From the NCBI GenBank assembly GCA_963745075.1, contig CAVUWV010000013.1:32001-96000 (forward strand): a stretch of DNA of 64,000 nucleotides, read 5' to 3'. The translations under genes were made by a program, and so were the position numbers. The notes under the pieces were generated by a model. The model saw nothing but the letters and a program-made list of their open reading frames with translations. It was not told where the DNA came from and searched no databases. The first letter of the stretch is position 1. The number at the start of each line of letters is the position of its first letter. The stretch is from Candidatus Hydrogenedentota bacterium. Lineage in GTDB: Bacteria > Hydrogenedentota > Hydrogenedentia > Hydrogenedentales > SLHB01. Below are positions 1 to 10,323 of the stretch, piece after piece.

Positions 1-22
1 GATGGCCGGTTCTGACATGATG

Positions 23-1630
23 CTACTTCGCCGTTTCCGTCGCGTTGTCTGCCGGCGCCGGGGGAGTGGTTTCGTCCGTCGCGCGGCCGCCCATGGCGCG
101 CTCGAGTTCCGCCGTGGCCATGGCGTAATCGCCGAGGTAGGTGACTTGCGATTCGCGTTGCGCGAGCAGGGTTGTCTGCGCGGTAATCAGCGCGAGAATG
201 CTCTCTTCACCGGCTTCGTACACCCGTTGCGCGGTATCCACGTTCTGTTCCGCCAGTGGAAGTGTTTCGTTGGTGGACAACTCGATAAGTTGCTGGGTGC
301 TGCGCAGGGTTTCCGCCGAAATGCGCACGTCTTCCACCACGGACGCCAGCAGTTCTTCAAAATCTTTTTGCTTCTGCTGCAACTGGAACTGGGCCTTGGC
401 GATTTGCGCTTGGTTCTGGTCCCAGATGGGCAGCGTTACTTGCAGGCTCGGGCCTAGAAGCAGATCGACGGTCTGCCGTTTTTCGAGGTCCCGGGCGCGC
501 TTCTCGTCGAGCTGTTGGAATAGCAGGTCTTTAGTGGACTTTCCCATGCTTTGCAGCGAACTGCGCTGGGTCTTTACCTGCTGGACCACGTAATCCTGGA
601 GGGTCTGGCTGGCCGTGGGGCGCGAGATGCTGCCAATGGGCGGATCCGGGGGGAGCGGCTTGAGACTGCGCGGCGCGCGACGTTCCGGCCGTTCGCCGTC
701 GATTCCGAGTGTCACGCTCGGGAAAATGGACCGTTTCTGGCGCTTGACTTCATACTCGGCCTTGTCGAGTTCCGCTGCCGCGGCCTTTACGTCCAGCCGC
801 GCGTCAAAGGCGCGCTTGACCAGGTCCGCATCTTCGCCAACGGTTTCGCCCGGCGAGGGCAGGGGATCGGTCAGTTTCAGCGACGTCAGCGGCGTGGATA
901 ATCCCAGCAGGCGGGCCAGCGCAATTGTGCTCGTTCGTTCGTCCCGGCTTGCGGCAATATGCTGGGTCTGCACGTCCAATACGTTGGTCTTCACCAGGTT
1001 GACGTCCAGAATGGTCGCCTCGCCCGCGTCAAAACGGTGTTGTGCCAATTCCAGGGAATGCTTGACGAGCTTCAGGTTCTCGTCCCGGATCTCCGCCGTC
1101 CGCCGCGCCACGACTGCCTGGTAATAGGCGTTCTTGACTTGGGCGGTAAGCTCGGTGGCTGTTTGCACCACGTGTTGAATCGTGCGATCCAACTCCGCCT
1201 GCGCGATCTTCTTCCGTACCGGAATCTTCCAGAGGTCGACAATTTCCTGGCCGAGCCCGAAACTGATGTTGGACCGGCCCCCGCCTTCCGGAAAACGGGC
1301 GGAGAGGGATAAGGTCGGGTTGGTCAGCAGTTTGGACTGCACGAGGTCCGCCCGTGACACGCCGATTTGGAGGAAGATCGATTGGAATGCGTGGTTGTTC
1401 AACAGCGCGGCGGAAATGGCCTCGTCAACCGTCAGCCCGTCCGCCAGCAGCGAATCGAGTTTGTTCTGGATCTCCGCTTCCGCCGCCGGATCGTAGACCT
1501 CCGCAGTTCCCGTCCGTTCGCCGATGAGACCCGAGGCCTGCTCGTAATCTTTACCCGGCTTCACCGACGCACATCCCGCAAGATATACGAGCAGAATAGC
1601 AGGGATGCCCCATGTCAAGTACTGTTTCAT
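23..1630 (-). CDS. TolC-family outer membrane efflux lipoprotein
   Basis: 535-aa ORF with lipobox LAGC, two OEP-like repeats (AQHRFDAGEAT..DV, AQRVYEAGEESILAL, LPIWDQNQAQI) and C-terminal ELERAMGG. Confidence 0.9.
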   Translation of the reverse strand: MKQYLTWGIPAILLVYLAGCASVKPGKDYEQASGLIGERTGTAEVYDPAAEAEIQNKLDSLLADGLTVDEAISAALLNNHAFQSIFLQIGVSRADLVQSKLLTNPTLSLSARFPEGGGRSNISFGLGQEIVDLWKIPVRKKIAQAELDRTIQHVVQTATELTAQVKNAYYQAVVARRTAEIRDENLKLVKHSLELAQHRFDAGEATILDVNLVKTNVLDVQTQHIAASRDERTSTIALARLLGLSTPLTSLKLTDPLPSPGETVGEDADLVKRAFDARLDVKAAAAELDKAEYEVKRQKRSIFPSVTLGIDGERPERRAPRSLKPLPPDPPIGSISRPTASQTLQDYVVQQVKTQRSSLQSMGKSTKDLLFQQLDEKRARDLEKRQTVDLLLGPSLQVTLPIWDQNQAQIAKAQFQLQQKQKDFEELLASVVEDVRISAETLRSTQQLIELSTNETLPLAEQNVDTAQRVYEAGEESILALITAQTTLLAQRESQVTYLGDYAMATAELERAMGGRATDETTPPAPADNATETAK

Positions 1631-1865
1631 TGCGTTTCGCTTTTTTTAATGCGTGTTTTCGGAGAACACCAGCCCATGTGCAGGCAGTATGGTATGGGAA
1701 TCAGTGTGATCGCAACGTTGCCGAAACATTACCAAATGGTTAGGTGGGGACGAATCGATGGGCCTTACAAAAACGCGGTCACACAAATACGCGCGAGCTT
1801 GGTTATCGCCGCGGCCCACTCCGGCGCAGGCGGCGTGTTTTCCGGGAGCCGCTGACAATCAAGAA

Positions 1866-1898
1866 GGGCGCTCCACACGAACACTCGCGGAGCGCCCT
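1866..1898 (-). terminator. probable intrinsic terminator of the esterase gene
   Basis: AGGGCGCTCC...GGAGCGCCCT hairpin just after the stop, followed by a T-rich run on the minus strand. Confidence 0.5.
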
Positions 1899-1915
1899 GT
1901 CCTAACAGAAACCGG

Positions 1916-3475
1916 CTACTTATTATCCACCGTCACGCCGGGCCAATCGTCCGTCCGGAAGGGGGACGCGGGGAGGCCGGCGCCGTTGTACAGGTTGCAA
2001 CGCGGGTTGTCGGCCCAGCCGTAGCGGACGGCAATGGGGTTCGCCACGTCGGGCGCCGACACGATGACGGAGTTGCCGTCAATCTTCGCGTCGGCCCAGT
2101 GGTAAATCTTGTCTTCACCGGCCACGGCGAACCCTTCGAGTTTGTCGCCATTGGCCATGAGACCGCCGTTGGCGTGGTCGAAGGTCAAACGGATGGCGTT
2201 GCCTTCCTTCTTCATCGAAGCCAGTTCGGGACCCGACCACACGGCGTCGTTCATGCCGTAGGCGACTTTCCACGCGGCCTGCGACAGACGGGCTCCGACG
2301 TCCTGCTTGTTCTTGGGATGGATGTCGTTGGCTTCGCCGATATCGATGATGACGGCTTCGCCGGTATTCTCCAGTCCCAGCGTCATGTGCTGGGCCTCAC
2401 GCAGTTCCGCCCACGCCGATCCGGCGTTGGCATCGGGATTGTACTTCATGAAGTTGGCGAGTTGGACGAACAGGAACGGGAACGGCCCCTCGCCCCAGTT
2501 GGCGCGCCAATCTTCGATCATCGCCGGGAACAGCGAGCGATACTGGTACGCGCGGCCCGCGTTCGATTCGCCCTGGTACCAGATGGCGCCGCGAATGCCA
2601 TAGGGGATCAGCGGCTGGATCATAGCGTTGTAGAGGGTCGCGGGACGATGGGGGTGGTCCGGTCCGATGGGAGGGTTCGGTTTTCCCTTAGGCTCGGGTT
2701 GGTTGTTGGCTTTGGCGTCGGCGGCCTTTTTCTGCCATTCTGCCAAGGCCTTGTCATAGTCGGCTTTCGCTTTCGGGTAGTCTTCAATAATCTTTTCCCA
2801 GCGATCCAGAATGGGTTGGAAATCGGGATTGGATTCGAGCTTCGGCATGCTCGTCCACGCCTCGGCCGGCGTACCGCCCCACGACGAATGAATCAGGCCA
2901 ATCGGAACGTCCAGCGTCTGGTAGAGGCGGCGCCCGAAGAAATACCCGACCGCCGAGAAGTCCGGAACGGTCTCCGGCGAACACGCAGACCACGAGCCCT
3001 CACATTCCGACAAGGGCACGTCTGAGGTTTTGCGCGTTACGGAGAACAACCGGATGTTGGGATAGTTCGCGTTCTTGATTTCCTCGTCCGCGTTGTTTGC
3101 GCCCCGTACGGAGAATTGCATGTTGGACTGGCCGGAACATACCCACACCTCGCCCACGAGGACGTCGCTGATGACCTTCTCGGTCTTGCCGGCCTGGATG
3201 GTGATGTCATATGGCCCGCCCGCGGTCAGCGCACCGAGGTCCACGCGCCAGTTTCCCTGTTCGTCCGAACGGGTGGTGATGCGATGGTCGCCCATGACGA
3301 CGCGCACCTTGGTATTCGGAGCGGTCTTGCCCCAGATGGGCGCAGGTCCGCCCTGTTGCAGGACCATGTGGTCGCCGATGACGGATGCCAGTGTAAGTTC
3401 GGGCTGGGCGCCGCCCATCCCGCTCGTGGCGCACCCGCATGCCACGACGCAGAGTGCGATCAGAAATCCCCTCAT
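1916..3475 (-). CDS. sialate O-acetylesterase (SASA family), exported
   Basis: GEVWVCSGQSNM, WYQGESN and DIHPKNK motifs; N-terminal signal/lipoprotein peptide. Confidence 0.92.
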   Translation of the reverse strand: MRGFLIALCVVACGCATSGMGGAQPELTLASVIGDHMVLQQGGPAPIWGKTAPNTKVRVVMGDHRITTRSDEQGNWRVDLGALTAGGPYDITIQAGKTEKVISDVLVGEVWVCSGQSNMQFSVRGANNADEEIKNANYPNIRLFSVTRKTSDVPLSECEGSWSACSPETVPDFSAVGYFFGRRLYQTLDVPIGLIHSSWGGTPAEAWTSMPKLESNPDFQPILDRWEKIIEDYPKAKADYDKALAEWQKKAADAKANNQPEPKGKPNPPIGPDHPHRPATLYNAMIQPLIPYGIRGAIWYQGESNAGRAYQYRSLFPAMIEDWRANWGEGPFPFLFVQLANFMKYNPDANAGSAWAELREAQHMTLGLENTGEAVIIDIGEANDIHPKNKQDVGARLSQAAWKVAYGMNDAVWSGPELASMKKEGNAIRLTFDHANGGLMANGDKLEGFAVAGEDKIYHWADAKIDGNSVIVSAPDVANPIAVRYGWADNPRCNLYNGAGLPASPFRTDDWPGVTVDNK

Positions 3476-3687
3476 GATGCTCCCCTTTCGCAGTTGGTGA
3501 ACGATACGTGAACCAGCATTTAGCCATGAATCGGCGGGTTGGTCAAATCGGCGCTCGCGGTGTGCTGAGACAAGTGGGGAGGGCCGGGCCTACCGAAGGG
3601 TAGATAGGCCTTGTTTTCCAGGCCAAATCGTTGAATAATTAGGGCACTGGCTGTTTTTGGGTAACGACAGGACGGAGTACGATCCAG

Positions 3688-5586
3688 ATGCATCTACCGA
3701 CCGAGGCAGAATCCCGCACGCTGGCCGAAGAATCCCGGCAAACGAAATGGGATAACCCCAGTTTCTTAAGGGAGTTATTCCTGGGGAATTTCCGCCCCGA
3801 TCTGCTTCCGCCGTATCCGAGCGGGGAGTTTCGTCCCGAATTCGCGAAGCTTTACAAAGAGTTGAAGAGTTTTCTATCCGAAACGGTGGATCCCGTTGTC
3901 ATTGACGAGACAGGAGAGTATCCCAAGCATGTCTTGAACGGTCTCGCCCAGCGCGGCGCGTTCGGGTTGCTCGTGCCAAAAGAATATGGCGGCCATGGCA
4001 TCAGCAAAATCGAGTGGTGCCAACTCATGGAGCTGGTTGGCAGCTACGAGGGCAATCTGCTCGGTCTCTTGTCGCCGCACCAATCGGTGGGCGTGCCGGA
4101 AACGATCCAACAGTTTGGTACAGCCGAACAAAAAGCGAAATACCTGCCCCGGTGCGCGGCGGGGGAAATCTCCGCATTCGCATTGACGGAACGCAACGTC
4201 GGGTCGGACCCGGCCCGCTTGGAAACCACCGTCCGGCTTTCCCCAGACAAGGACGCCTACATCCTGAATGGCGTCAAGCTCTGGTGTACTAACGGTACCT
4301 TGGCGAAGTTGTTCATCGTCATGGCGCGGCACGTCGAAACGAAGAAGATCAGCGCGTTCGTAGTGGAAGCGGATAGCGAAGGCGTGACGGTCGAACACCG
4401 GTGCCGGTTTATGGGGCTGAAGGCCCTGGCAAACGGCGTCGTGCGCTTCAAGAACGTCCGCGTACCGAAAGAGAACGTCGTCGGGGGAGAGGGCAAAGGG
4501 CTGCGTGTAGCGCTTACCGTGTTGAATGTCGGCCGGCTTTCCGTCCCCGCGGGCGCGGTGGGCGCCGCGAAAAAGTGCCTCGAAATCAGCCGGCGCTGGG
4601 GAAACGAACGGGTCCAGTGGGGCAAACCCATCGGCAAACACGAGGCGGTCGCACACAAGATCGCGGACATGGCAGCGGGCGTCTATGCGATGGAGACTAT
4701 GCTCTACTCCGTAGCCCAAATGTGTGACTCGGAGACCTTCGACATTCGCCTGGAAACGGCGGCGGTCAAGGAATGGAACACCTGCCGCAGTTGGGAGATC
4801 ATCGACGACACGTTTCAGATTCGCGGCGGTCGCGGCTACGAAACCGAGCGTTCGTTGGCGGAACGTGGTGAAGAACCCGTTCCCGTCGAGCGCATGATGC
4901 GCGACGCTCGCATCACCCGAGTCTTCGAAGGGACCAGCGAGATCCTGCATCTGCTGATGGCCCGCGAAGCTGTCGACAAGCATCTCGAAGTGGCCGGAGT
5001 TTTGCTTCGCTCCGACCGGCCGGTGCGGGTCAAGCTCCGCGCATTCCCGAGAATTGCCGGATTCTATGCCAAGTGGTACGCGGCGCAGTGGTGCGACTGG
5101 GGGTTCTGGCCCCTATACGACGATTACGGCCGTCTGGGCACCCATCTTCGATTCATCCGGCGCAGCAGCCGCCGTCTCGCGCGCCAGGTTTTTCACGGGA
5201 TGGTGCTGTATCGTGGCCGGCTCGAAAAGAAACAGGCGTTCCTGTTTCGCCTGGTAGACATTGCCATGGAGTTGTTCGCCATGGCCGCGGCGTTGTCTCG
5301 TGTGAACGTCCGGGCGGAGCAGGGCCACCCGGATGCGGAGAAATCGTTCGAGCTGGCCGATGTGTTTTGCCGGTCGTCCCGCCGGAAAGTGAAACAACAG
5401 TTCCGCGAACTCTGGCACAACGATGACGATGCGAAGTATAAAGTAGCGCTCCAGACGCTGGCCGGCGAACATACGTGGGTCGAACGCGGTATCCTCGCCC
5501 ACGACGAGGCCGCGTTTCCGCAGTCACTTGTGAAGACCGAGCAGTCCGAGACGAGTTCTGTCGCGGAAACAATCGCCACTCTCTGA
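3688..5586 (+). CDS. acyl-CoA dehydrogenase (long form, FadE10/VLCAD-like)
   Basis: AFALTE..GSD, NGVKLWCTNG, QIRGGRGY and RDARITRVFEGTSEI motifs. Confidence 0.92.
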   Translation: MHLPTEAESRTLAEESRQTKWDNPSFLRELFLGNFRPDLLPPYPSGEFRPEFAKLYKELKSFLSETVDPVVIDETGEYPKHVLNGLAQRGAFGLLVPKEYGGHGISKIEWCQLMELVGSYEGNLLGLLSPHQSVGVPETIQQFGTAEQKAKYLPRCAAGEISAFALTERNVGSDPARLETTVRLSPDKDAYILNGVKLWCTNGTLAKLFIVMARHVETKKISAFVVEADSEGVTVEHRCRFMGLKALANGVVRFKNVRVPKENVVGGEGKGLRVALTVLNVGRLSVPAGAVGAAKKCLEISRRWGNERVQWGKPIGKHEAVAHKIADMAAGVYAMETMLYSVAQMCDSETFDIRLETAAVKEWNTCRSWEIIDDTFQIRGGRGYETERSLAERGEEPVPVERMMRDARITRVFEGTSEILHLLMAREAVDKHLEVAGVLLRSDRPVRVKLRAFPRIAGFYAKWYAAQWCDWGFWPLYDDYGRLGTHLRFIRRSSRRLARQVFHGMVLYRGRLEKKQAFLFRLVDIAMELFAMAAALSRVNVRAEQGHPDAEKSFELADVFCRSSRRKVKQQFRELWHNDDDAKYKVALQTLAGEHTWVERGILAHDEAAFPQSLVKTEQSETSSVAETIATL

Positions 5587-5758
5587 CGCGCGTTCGTAGC
5601 CGTCCGTCCCACATCCGAATTCTCCACGTCGCGCGGACGTCCAGCGTGTCGGTGGTTGCTTGAATTCACCGGCGGGGTGACCGATACAATTCCTCTGCAA
5701 GGCGTGGTCCGATCTGGCCACTGTAATTGAAACGCAAACGAACCAGCGAGGCGGACGG

Positions 5759-6838
5759 ATGAAGACCTGGAGAATCGCGGGGATTAACTTCGATCACCTT
5801 CACATGGGCGACAATCTGCGGATGGCGCACGAGCACCCCTGGGTGGAGATTGTGGGGATCTGCCACGAGAATCACGAACGCATGAGGTCTGCAATTGATA
5901 ACTTTAGTATTCCGGACGGCCTTGTCTTCACAGATTATCGCGCGTGTATAACGGAAACAAAACCAGACATCACTCTACTCTGTCCGGCCACCGCTAAGCA
6001 TGGGGAGTGGACCGAAAAAGTCGCCCCCTTCGGCGTCCACATCATCATGGAAAAACCCTTTGCCGCATCACTGGCGGAGGCCGACCGGATGATCGCCGCG
6101 ATGGCGTCCACGGGAAAACAACTCGCCATCAATTGGCCGTTGGCGTGGTACCCGCCGCACCGGACGGCCAAGCGGCTGATTGACGAGGGAGCGGTCGGCG
6201 AGGTGCTGGAGGTTCACTACTACGATGGCAACCGCGGGCCCTTGTGGCATGTGGCGGACAAGGTCGAGACAACGCGCGAGGAAGTCGCGGCGGAGAAGCC
6301 CAATAGCTGGTTCTACAAGAAAGATTACGGCGGCGGGTCGTTGCTCGACTATCTAGGCTACGGCACGACCCTGGGCACGTGGTTTCAGAGGGGCCGCAAG
6401 CCCATCGAGGTGACGGCGGTGGTGGACGAACCTGTGGGGCTAGAGGTGGATGAACACAGCATCACCGTCGCGCGGTACGCGCATGGCCTGTCAAAGTTCG
6501 AAACGCGGTGGGGGACCTTTACGGATCCGTGGACCCACCAGCCGCAACCCAAGTGCGGCTTCGTCGTGAAGGGCACGGAAGGTACGATCGGCAGTTTCGA
6601 TTACGAGCAGACGATTCGTATCCAGTCCAGGGACTGTCCGGAGGGACGCGACATGCCGGTTGACGCCGTTGAACCGCCGTTCCAGAACCCGGTCCAGTAC
6701 CTGATTCATTGCATCGAGAACGACCTGCCGGTGGAAGGGCCGCTTTCGCCGGGGATTGCGCGCATCGGACAACAAATCGTCGACTCCGCTGTCCTGAGCG
6801 CGAAACAAAAGCGAACGTTGCCGTTGGTTGAGCGCTGA
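5759..6838 (+). CDS. Gfo/Idh/MocA family oxidoreductase
   Basis: IMEKPFA and GGGSLLDY motifs. Confidence 0.88.
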   Translation: MKTWRIAGINFDHLHMGDNLRMAHEHPWVEIVGICHENHERMRSAIDNFSIPDGLVFTDYRACITETKPDITLLCPATAKHGEWTEKVAPFGVHIIMEKPFAASLAEADRMIAAMASTGKQLAINWPLAWYPPHRTAKRLIDEGAVGEVLEVHYYDGNRGPLWHVADKVETTREEVAAEKPNSWFYKKDYGGGSLLDYLGYGTTLGTWFQRGRKPIEVTAVVDEPVGLEVDEHSITVARYAHGLSKFETRWGTFTDPWTHQPQPKCGFVVKGTEGTIGSFDYEQTIRIQSRDCPEGRDMPVDAVEPPFQNPVQYLIHCIENDLPVEGPLSPGIARIGQQIVDSAVLSAKQKRTLPLVER

Positions 6839-6868
6839 GGTTCGCAAAACTGACTTGGAGATTTCCCC

Positions 6869-7978
6869 ATGTCCGACAACCGGGAATGCCGATCCGAGGA
6901 GGTGCCCGTTATCGCGGCGCCGGAATTGCCGTATTTGCCCAGCGATCCTACGAGCTATCGCCCGCGAATTGGCCTGATAGGGTGCGGTGGAATCTCGCCC
7001 TATCACCTGGCCGCGTACAAGAAGGCGGGATATACCGTCGCCGCACTTTGCGATATCGATAAAAAGCGGGCCGAGGCGCGACGTGACGAGTTCTTTCCGG
7101 ACGCGCAGGTGCACCTTGACTATGAAGACGTGTTTCGCCGCGACGATATCGAGGTAGTCGACGTCGCCACCCACACGGCCGAACGGGCGCCCATGATCGA
7201 ATCGGCCATCGTGGCGAACAAACATGTGCTGAGCCAAAAGCCTTTTGTTACCGACCTGGAGCATGGCCGGATGCTGGGCGATCTTGCCGACGCGCAGGGG
7301 GTGCGGCTTGCCGTGAATCAGAACGGACGCTGGGCGCCGCATTTCAGTTACATGCGCGCGGCCATCGAACAGGGCCTCATCGGCGCCGTTGCGGCAGCCC
7401 ATCTTGCCGTGCATTGGGATCATAATTGGACGGCAGATACGCCGTTCAACAAGATGCGGCACTTGATTCTCTTCGATTTCGCCGTGCATTGGTTCGATAT
7501 CGTCACGTGTTTTATGGGCGAACAGCAGCCGACGCGCGTTTACGCGTCCATGCGGCGTTCGCCGTCTCAGAAGGCAGCCCCGGCATTGTTGGCCCAAGTA
7601 CACATCGAGTATCCGGAGGCGCAGGCGTCGCTGGTGTTCGATGCGGATACCCATTGCGGCGCGTTCGACGAAAGCTGCGTTATCGGCGACCAGGGAACAT
7701 TGCGCAGTTTCGGTCCGGACTTGAATACGCAAACGGTCACGTTCTCGACGGAGGAAGGCCGGGGCACTCCGACGCTCGAAGGGGATTGGTTTAGCAACGG
7801 TTTTCACGGCACTATGGCCGAGTTGCTGTGTGCCATTGAAGAGAATCGCGAGCCCTACAACAGCGCTCGCCACAATTTACGTTCTCTGGCGTTATGCTTT
7901 GCCGCGATTGCGTCCGCCGAAAGCGGACGGCCCGAGACTCCTGGAGAGGTTCGGCGGGTACCCGACACGGCGTTGTAG
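6869..7978 (+). CDS. Gfo/Idh/MocA family oxidoreductase
   Basis: IGLIGCGGI Rossmann motif, LSQKPF, NQNGRW, DFAVHWFD. Confidence 0.88.
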   Translation: MSDNRECRSEEVPVIAAPELPYLPSDPTSYRPRIGLIGCGGISPYHLAAYKKAGYTVAALCDIDKKRAEARRDEFFPDAQVHLDYEDVFRRDDIEVVDVATHTAERAPMIESAIVANKHVLSQKPFVTDLEHGRMLGDLADAQGVRLAVNQNGRWAPHFSYMRAAIEQGLIGAVAAAHLAVHWDHNWTADTPFNKMRHLILFDFAVHWFDIVTCFMGEQQPTRVYASMRRSPSQKAAPALLAQVHIEYPEAQASLVFDADTHCGAFDESCVIGDQGTLRSFGPDLNTQTVTFSTEEGRGTPTLEGDWFSNGFHGTMAELLCAIEENREPYNSARHNLRSLALCFAAIASAESGRPETPGEVRRVPDTAL

Positions 7979-8197
7979 AACTTCTTTCGATTGCGCCCGC
8001 GATTAAGCCCTTCGGTACAGCAACGCATGCCGACCGTTCCTTCGTTCCCATTCCCGTCGCAACCTTTTGGCCTGTGCAGGTATTCATTGGGCAAGCAACA
8101 TCTTGACGATGAATACTTTCTTCGGTATGTCGTCAAAGTTTGGTGAACCGATAAAGCCCAAGTCGATCAATTGAAGTCAGCACACGCGCTGGAAGAT

Positions 8198-8284
8198 ATG
8201 GAATCCATCAGTCTGAAACAGATGCTGTTTTTCGTTGTACTGTTGGTGTGTCTGGCGCTCTGGTACGCGGTTCTTCACAGGTGA
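8198..8284 (+). CDS. small hydrophobic peptide 1 (28 aa, MESISLKQMLFFVVLLVCLALWYAVLHR)
   Basis: Hand-translated; GGAAG upstream of ATG; one TM-like stretch; paralogous to the next small ORF. Confidence 0.55.
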   Translation: MESISLKQMLFFVVLLVCLALWYAVLHR

Positions 8285-8310
8285 ATCCAAGCGGAAAGGG
8301 AGAAAGCACG

Positions 8311-8394
8311 ATGGATTGGATCAGTCCCAAGCACCTTATCTTCTTTGCCGCGTTATTCATGTGCCTGATGGTGATGCACACCGTTACCCACTGA
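8311..8394 (+). CDS. small hydrophobic peptide 2 (27 aa, MDWISPKHLIFFAALFMCLMVMHTVTH)
   Basis: Hand-translated; AAAGGGAG RBS; ungapped similarity to peptide 1. Confidence 0.6.
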   Translation: MDWISPKHLIFFAALFMCLMVMHTVTH

Positions 8395-8629
8395 TGGCCC
8401 AACGCCAACGTGTGACTCGCCCGCACTGGCGTTGACCCGCGAGTCCAATTCCTGAAAACGTTGACAGCGCCGTCCAGTACCCCTACACTACGTGTAAACG
8501 GCGTTTTTCCTCGATTCGTGCGATCCGTCGCGCGCCATTGGTTAATCGCTAAACAAATCGGCTGTTTTCCGTGGTTTCTGTGCAATCGCGGCTGCGCAGT
8601 TCTGGACTACCTGACAAAGGAGGTGCCTT

Positions 8630-9061
8630 ATGGCAGATGCGAAAGTAGGAGATACCGTGAAGGTCCACTATACGGGCAAATTGGAAGATGGGACCGTTTT
8701 CGACACGTCGTCGGATCGCGATCCCATTCAATTCACCATTGGTGAAGGCAACATCATCCCCGGTTTCGAGAGCGCTGTCGTCGGCATGGCTCCGGGCCAG
8801 TCGAAAACCGAGACGATTCCGTGCGCGGAAGCCTATGGACCGCGGCATGACGAGATGATTCAATCCGTCGAGCGCACCGCGATTCCGGCTGATATCGAAG
8901 TGACGGAAGGGCAGCGCCTCCAGGTCTCTCAACCGGACGGGCAGGCCATGGTCGTTACGGTGACGGAAGTCAAAGAGGACAGTGTGACGTTGGACGGCAA
9001 TCATATGCTTGCCGGCAAAGATCTGGTGTTCGATATCGAGTTGGTCGAAATCGCATCCTAA
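8630..9061 (+). CDS. slyD: FKBP-type peptidyl-prolyl isomerase (SlyD-like, without His-rich tail)
   Basis: VKVHYTGKLEDGTVFDTS, IPGFE, EAYG, DGNHMLAGKDLVF; AAGGAGG RBS. Confidence 0.9.
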   Translation: MADAKVGDTVKVHYTGKLEDGTVFDTSSDRDPIQFTIGEGNIIPGFESAVVGMAPGQSKTETIPCAEAYGPRHDEMIQSVERTAIPADIEVTEGQRLQVSQPDGQAMVVTVTEVKEDSVTLDGNHMLAGKDLVFDIELVEIAS

Positions 9062-9085
9062 AGGATGGCGCAAACGTACTCCCTG

Positions 9086-9110
9086 GGGCGCGGTTCATGC
9101 CGCGCCCTTT
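9086..9110 (+). terminator. intrinsic terminator after slyD
   Basis: GGGCGCGG-TTCATG-CCGCGCCC followed by TTTGATTT. Confidence 0.6.
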
Positions 9111-9157
9111 GATTTAACAGTCCGGTATCTGAATCGTGTTGAAGAGCACATCCGTGT

Positions 9158-10294
9158 TCAAGTTGGACCTCGTGATCTTCCGGCGTTTGCGGCTTCTTGC
9201 AGGAGATCGAGATATTGGGTCGCGATCGTGTCCCAGGTATATCGGTCCAATACACGCTGCCGCGCACGTGCGCCCCACTCCGAACATTGCGCGTCCGATT
9301 CGAGCAGCGGGCCAAGGACTTCACGAAGGCCTGCCACATCGCCGGGCGTTACCGTGAACCCGGCGTCTCCGATGGTTTCCGCGCACCCAGTGTCGTTGGA
9401 CGTGACCACCGCCGCCCCCGCCAGCATGGCTTCCAGGAGCGCCACCGAAGCGTTTTCCCGTTCGGATGGGAGACAGAAGATGGCGGCACTCTCGTAAAGC
9501 TCCCGAAGTTCGCGGGAGCTATGATCGACCCAGCCATGGAACACAACGTTCATTTCCAGGCGCGCTGCGAGGGTCTCGAGTTCACCTCGGAGGGGTCCGT
9601 CTCCGGCGATGTGGACTTCAACGTCCGAGTGCACGCCTTCCAGCGCGCGCAACACGTGCTGAAAACCTTTTCGCGGGAGCAACCGGCCCGCCATGAGAAG
9701 CCGTCTCCGCTTGGGCCCAGCCACGAGATGTGCCTCGCCAATGCCATTGGGAATGTGCCGGTACGATCCGGGGCCAATGGCGTGCTCGGCCAGATCCTGG
9801 AGATAGCGCGACGGCGTCACGACCGCATGCGCGTTACGGGCGATGGCGCGTAGAAGGGGACCGGTAACGCGATGCTCCGAGGTGAACCGGTCGGGGTTGA
9901 AACCCGGTACGTCTGACCCATGGGCCGTGATGACGTACGGAATGCGAGCGACGCGCGTAGCGGCCCACGCGAGGAGCCCCGTGGGAATGATGAAATGGCA
10001 ATGGATTGCGTCGATGCCGCGATTGCGCAACCGGCTGACCGTGCGCGGAAAGGCAGAAAGCACGTAGCTCAGCATCTCCGGCGTTTCGCAGGTTTCCATG
10101 CGTTTGCGGAGGGCGGGGACGCGCGTGATCGTAACGCCGTTTTGCGTCTCCCGTCGCGGCAGGTCGCCGAATGCCATGGTAACGACCTCGACCGAATGGC
10201 CGCGCCGCGCATATTCCTCGCTGAGTTGTTGGCATACCGGGCCGGCGCCGCCGCCCAACGGGGGATACTCGTAGTTCAACACCAGGAAGTTCAC
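9158..10294 (-). CDS. glycosyltransferase family 4 (GT-B)
   Basis: Likely GTG start at 10294 (NYEYPPLGGGAG); TAHGSDV, GRLLPRKG and E-x7-E (ENASVALLEA) motifs. Confidence 0.9.
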   Translation of the reverse strand: MNFLVLNYEYPPLGGGAGPVCQQLSEEYARRGHSVEVVTMAFGDLPRRETQNGVTITRVPALRKRMETCETPEMLSYVLSAFPRTVSRLRNRGIDAIHCHFIIPTGLLAWAATRVARIPYVITAHGSDVPGFNPDRFTSEHRVTGPLLRAIARNAHAVVTPSRYLQDLAEHAIGPGSYRHIPNGIGEAHLVAGPKRRRLLMAGRLLPRKGFQHVLRALEGVHSDVEVHIAGDGPLRGELETLAARLEMNVVFHGWVDHSSRELRELYESAAIFCLPSERENASVALLEAMLAGAAVVTSNDTGCAETIGDAGFTVTPGDVAGLREVLGPLLESDAQCSEWGARARQRVLDRYTWDTIATQYLDLLQEAANAGRSRGPT

Positions 10295-10323
10295 GTTCCC
10301 CGCTCCGCATGACGCGTGGCCGG

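Noticed and set aside
1646..1858. 70-aa ORF upstream of tolC
   Set aside because: No RBS or motif; likely promoter or intergenic sequence.
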